From: Adineta vaga
Taxonomy: Eukaryota > Animalia > Rotifera
DNA length: 64,000 nucleotides
Direction: 5' to 3'
Assembly: GCA_021613535.1 (NCBI GenBank)
Contig: CP075497.1
Coordinates: 8,866,001 to 8,930,000, forward strand
Positions 38,073 through 51,779 of the stretch are shown here, piece by piece; the first letter of the stretch is position 1; each line of letters opens with the position of its first letter. The notes below the pieces were generated by a model. That model was not told the origin of the DNA. It saw only the letters and a list, made by a program, of their open reading frames with translations, and did no database searches. The position numbers and the translations under genes are program-made.

Positions 38073-41000
38073 ATGGATGAGACATTAAAAGAATTATTCG
38101 AAGCTTGTCGAAATGGAGATTTAATCAAAGTAAAAAGTCTAATTACATCGGAAAATCTCAATGCACAAGATATTCTTGGCAGAAAATCGACACCTTTACA
38201 TTTCAGCTCTGGTAAGAATAGAAAATTCTGTTTATAATGATTTGTTTTCGTTTTTTTTTTCTTTATAGGATTCGGTCGTAAAGATGTTGTTGAATATCTG
38301 CTTAGTCAAAATGCAAATGTTCATATGAAAGATGACGGTGGTCTTATTCCATTACATAATGCGGCAAGTTTTGGACATGCAGAAGTTGTTCAATTACTTC
38401 TAAATCATCATTCGGATGTTAATGCATTAGATAATTGGAATTATAGTCCGTTAGCAGAAGCAGCTAGTAAAGGAAAAGTAGATGTTTGTCTTAGTAAGTG
38501 TTTTTTTACTTTCAATCGAGATCATTTATTTTATATTGAATGAATTTAGTTCTTTTACAATATGGTGCCGATCCAAATTTGAAAAATAGTGATGGAAAAA
38601 GTGCATTGGATCTTGCTGATTCATCAACACGACCAATACTAACTGGTAAGATAAGATTTTCGTCAAACGTGAGAATCAGTTTCATTAATTTATTTTTTGA
38701 AACTAGGTGAATATCGAAAAGATGAATTATTAGAAGCTGCTAGAACAGGTAATGATGAAAAACTATCAAGTATATTAACAGCAACTAATGTCAATTGTCA
38801 TGCAAGTGATGGAAGAAAAGTAAGTTGAACTTATCAATTTGATACAAATATGTATTTGTTAATTATCTTTTTGTTTTAGTCAACTCCATTGCATCTTGCT
38901 GGTAGGATAGAACATATGACAATAAAAGTGAATATATATATATATATATATATCTATTTCTAGCTGGATATAATCGATTGAGGGTTTGTGAAATATTACT
39001 TGATCATGGAGCAGATGTTTTATGTAAAGATAAAGGTGGATTGGTAAGTTCTGAATGTCTTTTTTTCTTCAATTGAAATTATTTCATATCGAGGAATCGG
39101 TGTATTTATCTCTAATACTACATTTTAAGAAGATTTTTCGATTCCGTTATTTCTAATATCAATTGTTAATAATCATTGATTAAAATATGATTTAGGTTCC
39201 ATTACATAATGCTGCTTCCTATGGCCGTGAGTACACTTTACATTCTCTTATTCTTTTTGATTATATTTTTTAACATTTAGATTACGATGTAGCTGAACTG
39301 TTGATTAAAGTAAAAGGCTTTTTTTCTAGTACTAAAAAAGCAATCAAACCATGTATGTTCTAGCATGGTGCTCAAGTCAATGCTTGTGATTTATGGCAAT
39401 ATACACCTATCCATGAAGCTGCTTCGAAATCACGTGCAGATGTTTGTACTCTTCTATTAAGTCATGGAGCTGATCCAACATTACCCAATTGTCATGGTAA
39501 AACAACACTTGATCTTGCTGCAAGTCGAGAATTACGAGATAAAATTTTATGTAATTATGATTAAATTGTCAATAAGTGAACCGTTCTGCTTTTTGTACGA
39601 TAATTCATATTTTAGATGAATATAATGGATACTCATTTCTTGTTGCAATTCATAATGGTGATCTAAGTCGAGTGAAAAAACTTGTAACAAACGAAACAAT
39701 TCATTTTCATCATTTCCAAACAGGAGATTTCCCATTAGTAAGTTTAATCTTGAATATAAATGATTGCGTTTTCAATTCATTGATATATAGCATGTTGCTT
39801 GTACTTCATCATCGACTAAACATCGTCGTCAAATTATTGAAATCTTAATACGACGTGGTGCCATTATCAATATTTTGAACGCAAAGTAAACATTTAATTG
39901 TAGACTCATTCGTGTGATTGTAGTTTTGAATTATTAGACAAATTGCTCCAATTCATATATGTGCTGCTGCTGATTATTGTGATATTTTAGAAATTTTATT
40001 AAAAAACAATGCTGACGTAAGATTAGAAATTTATATTCTCAATTGTTTATCTTTGAAATTTTCAGATTAACTTACTCGATGGACAAGGACAAACAGCTTT
40101 GCATCATGCTGCTAAAAGTGGACACTCAAACGCATGTCGTTTGTTACTAACTCATAACATTGATACTCTAATTGTATCAATAAGTGGACATACAGCATCA
40201 GAGGTGACGACATCATCAAATATTCAACAATTATTGATCAGTAAGTGATATAAAAGCTATGTTCTTCTGTCGACTAGACTAAATTGTGTATTTAGAAGAT
40301 GATAATGAAAAAATTGTATCCGCATCAAATATCACTGATCTGGAATTACAATTATTAGAAGCATCAAAATCGGGTGATCTTGATGTCGTTAAAGTATACG
40401 AATTCTGTTAAGAAGATTAAATATCTGTTCTTTATTTTATTTTCATAGCGTGTACTGACACTTAATCCATTATTAGTTAATTGTCGTGATGCACAAGGTC
40501 GAAATAGTACTCCACTTCATTTTGCTGCTGGATATAATCGTTTACAAGTAGTAGAATATCTATTATCTTTGGGAGCTGATGTGACTGCTCGAGATAAAGG
40601 TAATTGTTTTCAAAAAATCTTTTCTCTTGAAACTTATTATTTCATACGTCAGGTGGTCTCGTTCCATTACACAATAGGTAAGATCTAAGTGACATTTTTT
40701 GAGTTAATACTTAGATTTTCGTATACTTTTTCTAGTTGTAGTTATGGACATTTAGAAGTTACTGCATTATTATTGAAAAGTGATGCATCACCACAAACAG
40801 CTGATCTATGGAAAGTAACACCATTGCATGAGAGTGCTGCGAAAGGCAAATTTGAAATATGTAAATTATTATTGAAATATGGTGCTGATCCAAATAAGAA
40901 AAATCGTGATGGTGCTATACCACTCGATTTAGTTAAAGAACGTGATAGTGATGTTGCAGATTTACTTCGTGGTGATAGTGCTATTTTAGAGTTAGCTAAG

Positions 41001-42879
41001 AAAGGAAATCTCGAACGATTAAGAAAACTAGTAACACCAGAAAATGTTAATTGCCGAGATCTACAAGGAAGAAATAGTACATCCTTACATTTAGCGGGTA
41101 ATTATTGTAAATGATGAAGTTTTTTGGTCGATGAAATTACTTTTTATTTTTTAGCCGGATACAATCATTATGAAATTGCTCAATTCTTGTTAGAAAATGG
41201 GTGTGATCCAAATGCTGTCGATAAAGGAGGATTGATAGGTATATTTTCATATTGAATGCTATGATAAATACAAACCTTTCCTTTTCTTTTCCTAGCTCTT
41301 CATAATGCATCATCATTTGGACATGTAGATGTCGCCACTCTTCTAATTAATTATCATTCTGATGTTAATGCTCGTGATAATTGGTCTTATACACCATTGC
41401 ATGAAGCAGCATCTAAAGGTCGTACTCAATTATGTGTTCTACTTCTTTCTCATGGTGCCAATTCACATCTTCGTAATCAAGATAATCAAACTCCATTAGA
41501 TTTAGCTACAGCTGATGATGTTAAATCCTTATTATTAGATTCGATGTCAATTCCAGCATCTCCAACATCGTCACTTAATAATGATTGTCAAACAATTGTA
41601 ACGCTTTCAACACGTGAAACAACATCGATTCTTGGTGCTGAAACAAATACTCAATCTTTTCGACAACGTTTAGTATCTTCAACAAGTCAACTACAATCAA
41701 TAAGTCCACGTCATTTGACGAACGGTGATGGCAGTATGAGTTTAATAACAGATGACGAACGAAGAGAACAAGCACTGCATATGACAATGGATGAATTTCT
41801 AAGCTTATGTCAGTTTCAATCCAGTCAACAACAAGATTTATTACGAGAATTATTTGAACGTGAACATATTACACTTGATATTCTTGCTGAAATGACACAT
41901 AATGATTTAAAAGAAATTGGTGTTAATACATATGGTGAACGACATAAACTATTGAAAGGTATTGAAAGATTATATAAACAAGCAAAAGATCCATGGTCAA
42001 ATGTACCTGAAAGAGGATCAATGTTTCTTGAACTTGATTCTAATGATCACGAATATCGACTTGTCGAAGATGAAGTAATTATTATTCAAATAATAAACTG
42101 AAATACTTTGTTTCATTTCATTGTAGTTACACAGTACCATTCGCGAACATAAGGATAATTGTGGTGGAATATTCAATCGTTATGTTGTATTAAAAGTAAC
42201 ACAGAGATAATTTCTACTTGGATAAAATTACAGATGTTTCTTTTTTTCACAATAGATTGAAAAAATTCGTAATCGTCGTGTATGGGATCGTTATTGTCAT
42301 CGACGCAATGAAATTCAAGATGATAACAATGGACATGAAAATGAACGTCTACTTTTTCATGGTTCACCATTTTTACATTCCATTATGAACAAAGGTTTTG
42401 ATGAAAGACATGCATCAATTACTGGAATGTTCGGTTCGTTTGATTGATTTCATTGAAATTGATTGAAGAAATAATCTCTTTGTTTTCTCCAGGTGCTGGG
42501 ATTTATTTTGCAGAAAATTCTTCGAAATCGAATCAGTATATTTATGGAATCGGTGGTGGAAATGGTTGTATATCACATAAAGATAAATCATGTTACATAT
42601 GTACAAGGTAAGAGAAGGCGATATGATAAATGTTCACCCTTCATTTGAATATGTTTTAGACAAATGTTATTATGTCGTGTTTGTCTTGGACGATCATTTT
42701 TACAATTTAGTGCATCGAAATTAGCTCATGCACCACCGGGTCATCATTCCGTTATAGGTCGACCTTCACAAGGTGGCCTTGTTTATCCTGAATATGTTAT
42801 CTATCGTGGTGAACAAGCTTATCCAGAATATTGTATTACATATAACCTTTTGAATCCAGTGAACAACGATAAAGAGTAA
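38073..42879 (+). CDS. TNKS: Tankyrase (ankyrin repeat clusters, SAM, PARP catalytic domain)
   Basis: [36 protein letters not shown] ankyrin repeats; [40 protein letters not shown]; [60 protein letters not shown], with the H-Y-E triad intact. Confidence 0.97.
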
Positions 42880-43021
42880 ATCTGTCTTTTTTTCTTTTCC
42901 TTTTTAAACTTGTACAAAGACAAACGTGGGCATACATAAACATATATGTAAAAAAAAGAGATAAGTGGTTTTTTTTAAAATAAATTAAATCCTTTTTTTT
43001 CAATCGGTGTGACAGTTGTAT

Positions 43022-43750
43022 TTAAGATTCATTAGGTGGTTCTAAATGAAAGATAATTGGACGTTGTTCGTCATCGTTTGATTGAATGGGTGGTGATGGT
43101 ACAGAATAATCTACTGGTGTAGCCGGTAGCGTAACAAGGCTTCGAAGTATATTATATGATTGAGTATTCTCTGCAGCTGAAGATGATATTTGAGTAGTAC
43201 GCAACTTTTGTAAACTATTTTCGACTTCCATTTTAGCCCATTTCATACGTTCATGAAATCGTCGTTTACGTAAGGAAAAAATAATTTGAGAAATAGTTAA
43301 AAATATGATAACAAGCACATATAATGTTAGAACAAGAAGATGAGGACGAAATGCTTGAAAATGAACACAAGTTTTTATCGATAATGTTCGATTCTTTTGC
43401 ATATACGATTGATTATGATGTTTGACATGTGGTAAATGTTCCGAACAAATGATAGCACAGACTTGATACTGTCCAGCAGATAGATGTTGTAATTCTAAAG
43501 AATTTCTCCAAAATGTTAAATTTTGTTCTGGCATCGAATATGGATTTTCTTGATTACGACGAATCGTAAACTTATAATTTTGACAACTTCGTTGTTCATT
43601 CTCTCGACCAATTTCAAATTGAACATTAACAGTATGTGAATCAAGTATACGAGCACGAAGATAAAATGGACTTTCCACAATAATTTCTTTATCAACTCCA
43701 ATAACAATACTGGGAAATAAGAATATACAGGTTATATAAATCAGCATCAT
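43022..43750 (-). CDS. Hypothetical type-I membrane protein (signal peptide, FN3-like ectodomain, TM, short tail), intronless
   Basis: ATG at 43750. Signal peptide; beta-rich ectodomain ending LQHLSAGQYQVCAI (FN3-like LxxLxPGxY pattern); TM LLVLTLYVLVIIFLTISQIIFSL followed by RKRR. Confidence 0.65.
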   Translation of the reverse strand: MMLIYITCIFLFPSIVIGVDKEIIVESPFYLRARILDSHTVNVQFEIGRENEQRSCQNYKFTIRRNQENPYSMPEQNLTFWRNSLELQHLSAGQYQVCAIICSEHLPHVKHHNQSYMQKNRTLSIKTCVHFQAFRPHLLVLTLYVLVIIFLTISQIIFSLRKRRFHERMKWAKMEVENSLQKLRTTQISSSAAENTQSYNILRSLVTLPATPVDYSVPSPPIQSNDDEQRPIIFHLEPPNES

Positions 43751-44027
43751 TATTCCATTCTTTTGTTCTCTTCTCCACGTCGATAGACAAACAACCAATG
43801 CTCGACTATACGAATATATATTCTTCTATTATTCATAAATAACATGTATTTTGGCATCATACTATCGACCAAGTTATTACTAGGTCGTTTTCTTTTTCTC
43901 CCATCTTCCATACACGAGTCGTTACATATTTATTCATATGATTATGTATAATGAAGAATCAGATAACATGATAAGAAAAAAACAAACAACTACATTATTA
44001 TACTAATTGTTTTCGAAAGTTGAATTA

Positions 44028-44276
44028 CTACTTTTTGGATTCTTTTTCTCGTTGTAATTGGTTCATTTTAGCAGTTAACTCTTGAGTATCTTCTTCTTGA
44101 AGTTGAACAGCTTTTTTAAAACTATTTGTTTGATGAATTGAATCTAATTCTGATGGTGTTAATGAACCACGATGAAGAGGATTATTTGTAAAACTGGAAT
44201 CAATACCAGCATTTATACTTCGAGTATGATGGGTAGTAGTTGTTTGATAACGATCAGATGGAGTTGTAGTTGACAT
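44028..44276 (-). CDS. Small hydrophilic protein (82 aa) with C-terminal coiled coil
   Basis: ATG at 44276 in an AAAATG context, with minus-strand TATAAAA ~75 nt upstream. No family recognised. Confidence 0.45.
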   Translation of the reverse strand: MSTTTPSDRYQTTTTHHTRSINAGIDSSFTNNPLHRGSLTPSELDSIHQTNSFKKAVQLQEEDTQELTAKMNQLQREKESKK

Positions 44277-45586
44277 TTTCAATATGATACACGATTTAAT
44301 AAAACACACAATGATAGTTATATTAACAAATCATACTTTGCACTTAAAGCTTTTATACGTTGAAAAAGATGAGAGATGTGTAGAATGATGAATCGAAAGA
44401 TATGACGACGAAGCTTTACTGAAGATGAAATGCATATTTTACTCTATGTACTTTATTAATGTATCTCTCTCTCTCTCTACCCATTCTTAATAAGTGCGTT
44501 ATTCGTGACACGCGGTCAACAGCTTCAGCATCCATACACTCGGTAGCTGATAGATTTTACCTCTAAAAAGGAGAAAAGAAGCGACTAAGGAGATAAGAAC
44601 AAACGAGATTACTTTTTCCCTTCTTCTCCTTCATATTCTCTACACATGTAAAACAAATGATCTGTCATCGTCGTCGGTCGCTACTTACAGTTTCTTATTG
44701 CATGAATTGTATGTATAAATATAACTACAACATGTATTCATAATAAGAACGACAGCGGGAATGACGCATGAAGAAATCGAAATGAATAATTGTTAACAAA
44801 ACAATCTTTTGTTTTGATTGAATGACATAGATCATATAACATTACCATCAAACGAATACAGACAATTGATAGACACTCATGTGGAAAGGTTATTTTTAGA
44901 AAAATGAAAGTTGTATGCAAGTAAATAACAACAAGTGTCATTGACGCTTCGGTAATATTCAGCTGAGATCATTACGAAATGATCATACAGTGTGAGATGA
45001 TAACTAGTTATAATGTCTAAATCTTAACTATAGCTGATCTTTGCATGTATCGTTCATTTAATGGCATTACTTAAGGTGTGTGTGTGTGTATGTATGTGTA
45101 CCATATAATAATGCACACTATGTTATGGAAAAAGCTATTTGCTACCATCCAGTAATAGTCATGAATCGTAAATGTAAAGACTGCAATAATCTTGTTATTT
45201 TATTATTTGTTGTTGTTGCGAAACTACTCAAGTTTAGAGACAAGTCTTATCGAAAACAAACAATGATATCAATGTAACATAAAATCCTTGAACGTACGCT
45301 GAGGACAAGTATGTTGTTATTTAATGCAACAAAGATCGAGCTTAGCAGAATATTTTTTCCCGATAAGATGATGTATTTTAGTGATAAAAGCGACCTCGAA
45401 CTTTGTATGTCATTTTTTTTACAAACGACGCAAAATAAAAACGAGAACTTTCAGTTCTATTTTTATACGGAAAATATGTGAGTAATTCTGGATATCACTC
45501 ATAAATATACCTGATTTCATTCTGTATTTTAAGATTTGCCATCGTACGTATTTCTATTGAAAAATATCTAAAACTTTCAACAAATA

Positions 45587-46613
45587 ATGAATGTTAATAC
45601 TACTCCATATGATCCTTCAGTTGGTAAGAAAATAACTCCGGATATTAATAACTGAAAATAACATGTATAGCGTTTAGATCCTTTTAATCCATTTGGATAT
45701 GTACCAAATCTCAATTTAGCCATAGCGTCAACAACTATCTATGGAGTGTCATTACAATTCTATTAACTATTTCATCAGTCTATTATCGCACATGGTATTT
45801 TTTGGTTATGACTATATCTGGTGTATCAGAAGTTGTTGGCTACGCATATCGATGGTCTTTAGCTCATAATCCCGATCAAAGAACACCGTACGTTTTTATC
45901 TTTTCAACAGTAGAAAAGTTTCACAGTATATTTCCAATACACAATAGTTAAGGACTGATCGAGTTTAAGAAAGAAAAACTAAATTGTTTCCTTCTCTCAG
46001 GTATATCATCATGTATTGTTGTATTGTTTTGGCACCAGTTGGCTTAGCCCTAGCTGATTATATACTCGTCGGTCGTCTTATTCGTTTAGTTGGTCGTCAA
46101 TATTCTATAGTAAATGCAAGATTTGTTGAATTTGGTTTTATTATTTCGGATATTCTATCTATCGGTGTTCAATCAGCTGGAGCAGGATTGATTACAAGTG
46201 GAAAGCTAGAGAATCTTACTCTTGGTAGTAATGTTTTAATTGGAGGTTTGGGTATTAATCTAGTTAGTTTTTGTTTTTTCGCTTTGGTTACACTTCATTT
46301 ACATTGGTCGATTTATCATCGTAAAACGGATTTTACAGGACAAGAACGATGGATTAAAATGTTCTATGCATTGTATCTGAGTATGGCTCTCTTAATTGTT
46401 CGTTCTATTTATCGAATTATTGAATTTTCCATGGGTTTTCGAGGTTATTTAGCAATACATGAAACTTATTTTTATGTTTTCGAATGTCTAGTTATTATAT
46501 TTGCATTTGCACTCTTTTTACCACTTCATCCTGGTATGTGGATGGTACTAGATGATCGAGATATTCTTATTAAAGGAGCATCACGTAAAAATCGTGTTCC
46601 TATTACCGAATAA
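45587..46613 (+). CDS. RTA1-family (fungal-type lipid-translocating exporter) 7-TM protein, 3 exons, with an apparent frameshift in exon 2
   Basis: FGYVPNLNLAI..EVVGYAYR..LAPVGLALADYILVGRLI..FIISDILSIGVQSAGAG..LLIVRSIYRIIEFSMGFRGYLAIHETYFYVFE..HPG are RTA1 hallmarks. The frame breaks at GGAGTGTC (45743-45750), giving TAA at 45764. Confidence 0.85.
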
Positions 46614-47062
46614 GGATTATCGAAATCATTAGAATAAAAAACATAAAACATTTATATGAAGACAATTTGTAAATATTATTTGGCTATTTTCTGTTACAAT
46701 AAACATAAAAAATCCGCTTCATAAACTTCCAACTCATCAAGTGTCTGAGGATAAGGAAAAGTTTCTCATCAAGATATAAGCAAACTTTTCTCTTCTTCTT
46801 ATCTTCTTCTTCTATCGTTATAGTTTGACAACTAACGACAATGATTTTATTGGATTCATACGAAGTCTGTAGTATACCTACCAGCAATGTTTCCGTTCCG
46901 TCATGAAAAACAATACGAATGTATTATTCTAATAAGATTCTTGTCAAACTAATTCTTTTTACAATTAATAATGATTTTATTAATGTTTTACAAAAATATA
47001 GAGGACGCTGGTTTAGTTTTGTTATTTTATAGATTAAGAATTGAAATCTCACAAATTGTATT

Positions 47063-47972
47063 ATGATTGCAAAGATTTTATTTCATTTTATTTGCTCAAT
47101 CGGTCGATTTTTTCGTAAAATTTTACAAGTTATCTTTGGACGCCGTCAGGAAGAACTTGGTGCATCTCTATCAAAAACTGAACCAGTCACACTCGAACAT
47201 ATTCGTATTATAAACGATATGGAAAATGATTCGAATCGTCCTTATCAAGCATTTACTGATAGTTCAAAAGTAGATTATATACAAATGAACGATTTTGAGT
47301 TTTTTCGCTTCTTTAAAATAGATACCATCACAAGCAGAATGGAATTCTTGGGGCAATGAGGATATTTTTCGTCAAAAACAACTTGCCAATAATTCACCAC
47401 CTGGTACAACTAATGATGAACAGATTGATTATTTTAGTGATATTGCAGCAACCGTTAGAAAAACCCCGAAAGTAATAGATTGTTCCTTTGTGAGGATAGA
47501 TACAAATATTCATGTTTAGATTATTTTAAAAAAACGTATGAATGAAAATGATAATCATTTTAATTTTAATAATCAATCACTCAACCGACTACAGATGACA
47601 AATGAAGAATTAGTCGATTTTGTAAGATAAATGAAATGAAATGAAATGGATGAGAACTTTTCACTTTTGTTTTTTTCTTTTTCTAGCAACCTGGTCTTAA
47701 TGAATGGCAAGAGGTTGTTGAACAATCTGTAACAACAGGTGGTGGTATTTGGAATGACAATGATGATTTCAATGAACTTTCACATGGTGCAGATGAAGCA
47801 CTTCGTGGTAGGAAAACAACGTCGTTGTTATTCAAAACGGATGTTTTAATTTAATTTTCTTCTAGAAACTCGTCGTCATGAACGTGAAAGAAAACTTCGT
47901 GAACACCAACAGAGAAAATTTGAAAAAGAAGCATCAAGAACTATGTCACATAAACGTGATAGTTTATCTTAG
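47063..47972 (+). CDS. EBAG9: Receptor-binding cancer antigen RCAS1/EBAG9 homolog (5 exons)
   Basis: N-terminal hydrophobic helix, EWNSWG, IDYFSDIAATVRKTPKIILKKR, LNEWQE, and C-terminal coiled coil ADEALRETRRHERERKLREHQQRKFEKEA. Confidence 0.82.
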
Positions 47973-49622
47973 AAATCTTTTTTCCTTCTCTTGTCATTTG
48001 TTATATTTCTTATTATATATCGATTAGTGAATCTATGAATCTCATAAACCAAATATTGATCTAAGTTAAGCATGCAATTGGGAGAGAGAAGAAATTTCTT
48101 CTTATTCCTATATCATGATCTTTACTCATTTTGTTACTTCTTGCCGTCTATTAGCATACCAACTTAATTAGTCGAGGAGTTTATCTCATCGATACTGATT
48201 CTGTCTCTCTATCATACATATATATGTATTCATGTCTATGTGCATGTTACGGCATGCAATGAAATAATAAAGAGCTCATAGTTGAGCTCGATCGGCAATC
48301 GCTAAAGAAACATCGAAAACGGTTTCATGCTCTTTTTCTTTTTCTTTTTCTTCTTGAGTTAGTCGTGCAATGTAATGTGCAGGCGTTGTATTCAAGTAGC
48401 TCTTTAAGAGGATCGTCAGAGACTATTATTGCGATCCCATCATACCACTCAATAATCATCGTACCAACCAATAAATCGAGAGAATATAAAGATATTTTTG
48501 ATTACTTTTCTAAGAAAAGAAAAAAGATAGATTATATTTCTCTTCTCTCTTTTTTTTCCTTTCTTCCGCTTTCATTTCTTTTCCTTGAGAAAGATAAGAT
48601 AACATGCACATGTTTTATATAAAAGCATAATTGTGTATGAGAAAATATCTAATATAAAAGTCTTGTCTTTTCCCACATGTGTTATATCTTGTATGTATAT
48701 AAACAATGTTAAACTCGTCGAAACATCTATACAAGGCTTTTTTTATGGTTTGATGGATAGATAAATACAGATAATCTTTCTAACAAGAAAATCAGTTTTA
48801 TCTTCTTTCACTCATTGTGTAAGTAGGTGGTAATCGAAGTGCTCGAATAGAAATAGACATTTCTCTTTTTCTGTGTACTCAATCAAAATCGTTTGCATAA
48901 TCGAAAAACCAGAGAGAGAGACAGAGACAGAGAGAAAGAAAGATATGAAGGATTTGACAAGAAGAAATGTGAATAACAATCGATGAAGAGAAAAATCCAT
49001 CAGTAGTAGTCATAGTTAAGAAACGTATTTTTATTATTAACGGAAAGATTTATTTGATAAAACTAATGATGTATTTGTTCGATTGAGTCAAGTATAAAGA
49101 AGTTTGATATAAAGAAAAAAAATCTGACGTGATGCTTCACATTATAACATACAGAAGCAATTCAATGGATAGAATATTAGATAACTGGTTTATTTCTTAT
49201 TTCCTTCTTTTTTTCCTTCCTTCCATCTCGCTTTCTCTTCCACCGACTAAACACCGGAATTGTGCATGGTGAACGATTGAAGAGACTTTTAATGAAAGAC
49301 GTACGTAACTAGATTAAAGCTTGGCAAACGCTCTTATTCGTAGTCTTATAATTAACATATATCAAACATGGAACTGTCTGATTGAATTTATCAGACTTTT
49401 AAAGTATATATATATATATATGATAATAAGAGGCAAGATCAATGCACATTCGATACTAATTTTCTCTTTTCTCGGTCTCTATCTATTTATTTGTCGCAAC
49501 TACTGATAAGTTCTCTCTTTTTTTTCTCAGTTTTAATTTGCATTTTGGCATCAGCAATTACCGAAGAGTCTATTAAAAACAACTACTTAACGATCGTTTC
49601 TTATCTTGTCTTTTTTTTCTCG

Positions 49623-49656
<34 letters not shown>

Positions 49657-50069
49657 GTAGTTACTGATTGTCAATATGATGAGCTAAACTATTCTCGTTC
49701 TATCTGCTTTATTTAATAATAGGAAAAAAGAAAGAAACGTTCGTCATTCTTCTTCTTCTTCTTTTTTTCTTCGTTCCTTTTTTTTTCAAAACATACATAT
49801 ACAGCTACTATTTGACACATTTTTCTTCTCTCATTTTGCTCTATTAATAATAATGACGCCACAATGAACACTTAAGAGAAAAGAAACGTGGTAAAGATAC
49901 ATACTAAATAATGACAACGGTTCCTGAATCTGAAACACTACTTTTAGCACGACGCGATTTGTCAGAGCAGGGCTATGTAAGAAATCATTGTTGATCAGAA
50001 GAAGAAAATCAAATCTAATTATTATTCTAGCGTTCGAGAAGGATTGATCCTGTTGAACAATCATCGTCA

Positions 50070-51691
50070 ATGATGACATCTAAACAACATGAACGTGTAA
50101 CAACTGGTTTTGGTTCAGAATGTATGTTAAATACAATTTTGATGATTTTATTCGAATATATTATTGCTATATTAGATGACATACGTAATACAGAAGAAGG
50201 TTTCGGTACTTGTGGATGGATTTTAGTAATTATATCTCATATTTTGTGTGCTTTGACATTTCCATTTTCGCTTTGTATGACAGTTAAAGTAAGAAATCAC
50301 ATTATTGTAATAAAAAGTTTTAAGATTGAAACAAATAGGTTGTACAAGAATATGAAAGAGCAGTAATTATGCGTCTCGGTCGGATTCTTCCTGGTAAGAA
50401 GATGTATGGAAGATGACTTTCTATACTTCTGCTTTTGCTTTTCAAGGTGGTGCCAAAGGTCCTGGCTTATTTTTTGTTTTGCCCTGTGTTGATTCGATTA
50501 TCAAAGTTGATTTACGAACTAGTAAGCGTTACATACCGATTTATTCCATAGAGATATCAATAATCTATAATGATCTCTCGAGAAGATTAATATAGCATAT
50601 TTTTTATTTAGTTACCTTCGATGTTCCTCCTCAAGAAATTCTCACTCGGGATTCTGTGGTGCGTAATTGATCGAATCATTCATTGACTAAAAAATTTCCT
50701 TTTCCTCTACTAGACTGTCTCAGTGGATGCTGTGGTTTATTTTCGAATATTTAATCCAATTATAAGTGTAACCAATGTAGAAAACGCTCGTTATTCAACA
50801 CAATTACTTGCTGCAACAACACTGCGTAATATTTTGTAAGTTAATAAAGTTAATGCAGAAAAGATAAAAAATCTTTTGAATGATCATTTAGAGGTACAAA
50901 AAGTTTACAAGAAATTCTATGTGATCGAGAAAATATTTCACATTCAATGCAAGTTCATCTTGATGAAGGCACAGATCCATGGGGTGTTAAAGTAGAACGT
51001 GTCGAAATGTTAGTTATTTCAATTTAGCTATCTTTCTCTTTCCTCATCTAACTTCTGTGTCATTTATTTCTAGTAAAGATGTACGTCTACCTGTTAATAT
51101 GCAACGTAGTATGGCTGCAGAAGCCGAAGGTTAGCATGTCTTCGATTGTCTTTTTTTTCTGTATTCGATAACATTTTCTTTGAACATTTAGCTGCTCGAG
51201 AAGCTCGTGCAAAAATTATTGCAGCTGAAGGTGAACAAAAAGCTTCAAGATCTTTAAAAGTAAGACACATTTTTTTTTCTTTGTGTACTATCGTAATACG
51301 AGTAGGTTAACATTAGTTTGATTGAAAAGAAATTCGTCGAAAACAGTTATTGAATCTGAATCACGCAACTTATTTCTATACATTCATATTTCGACATTTA
51401 TATTTTCCATTATGAGGTTATTAGAAGAAATCATAAGAAAATTCTTTTGTTTAGGAAGCCGGAGATGTTATCAATGAAAGTCCTATTGCATTGCAATTAC
51501 GTTATCTTCAAACCTTAACACATATTTCTGCAGAAAAAAATTCAACGATCGTTTTACCCATTCCTGGTAAATCTTTACAATACATTTCTAATCATTTGAT
51601 TGATTGTTTTTCTTTTTGCTGTTTTTTTTCAGTTGAACTACTAAAATTAATGAAAACTCGAAGTGAAATGCATGTAACTAATGATTTATAA
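50070..51691 (+). CDS. Stomatin / band-7 (SPFH) protein
   Basis: [113 protein letters not shown]. Confidence 0.96.
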
Positions 51692-51779
51692 GAACAAAAT
51701 CTGTGATTGTTCATTTTCTATTCATATGCGTATAAATAAAAATCAGGAGTAGTGTTCTCTATTTTTCTTTCTTTTGCAA

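Noticed and set aside
4089-51691. Idea of a mechanosensory cluster (PKD2 pair, innexin, stomatin)
   Set aside because: Innexins and stomatins are large families, and no shared regulatory signal is visible.
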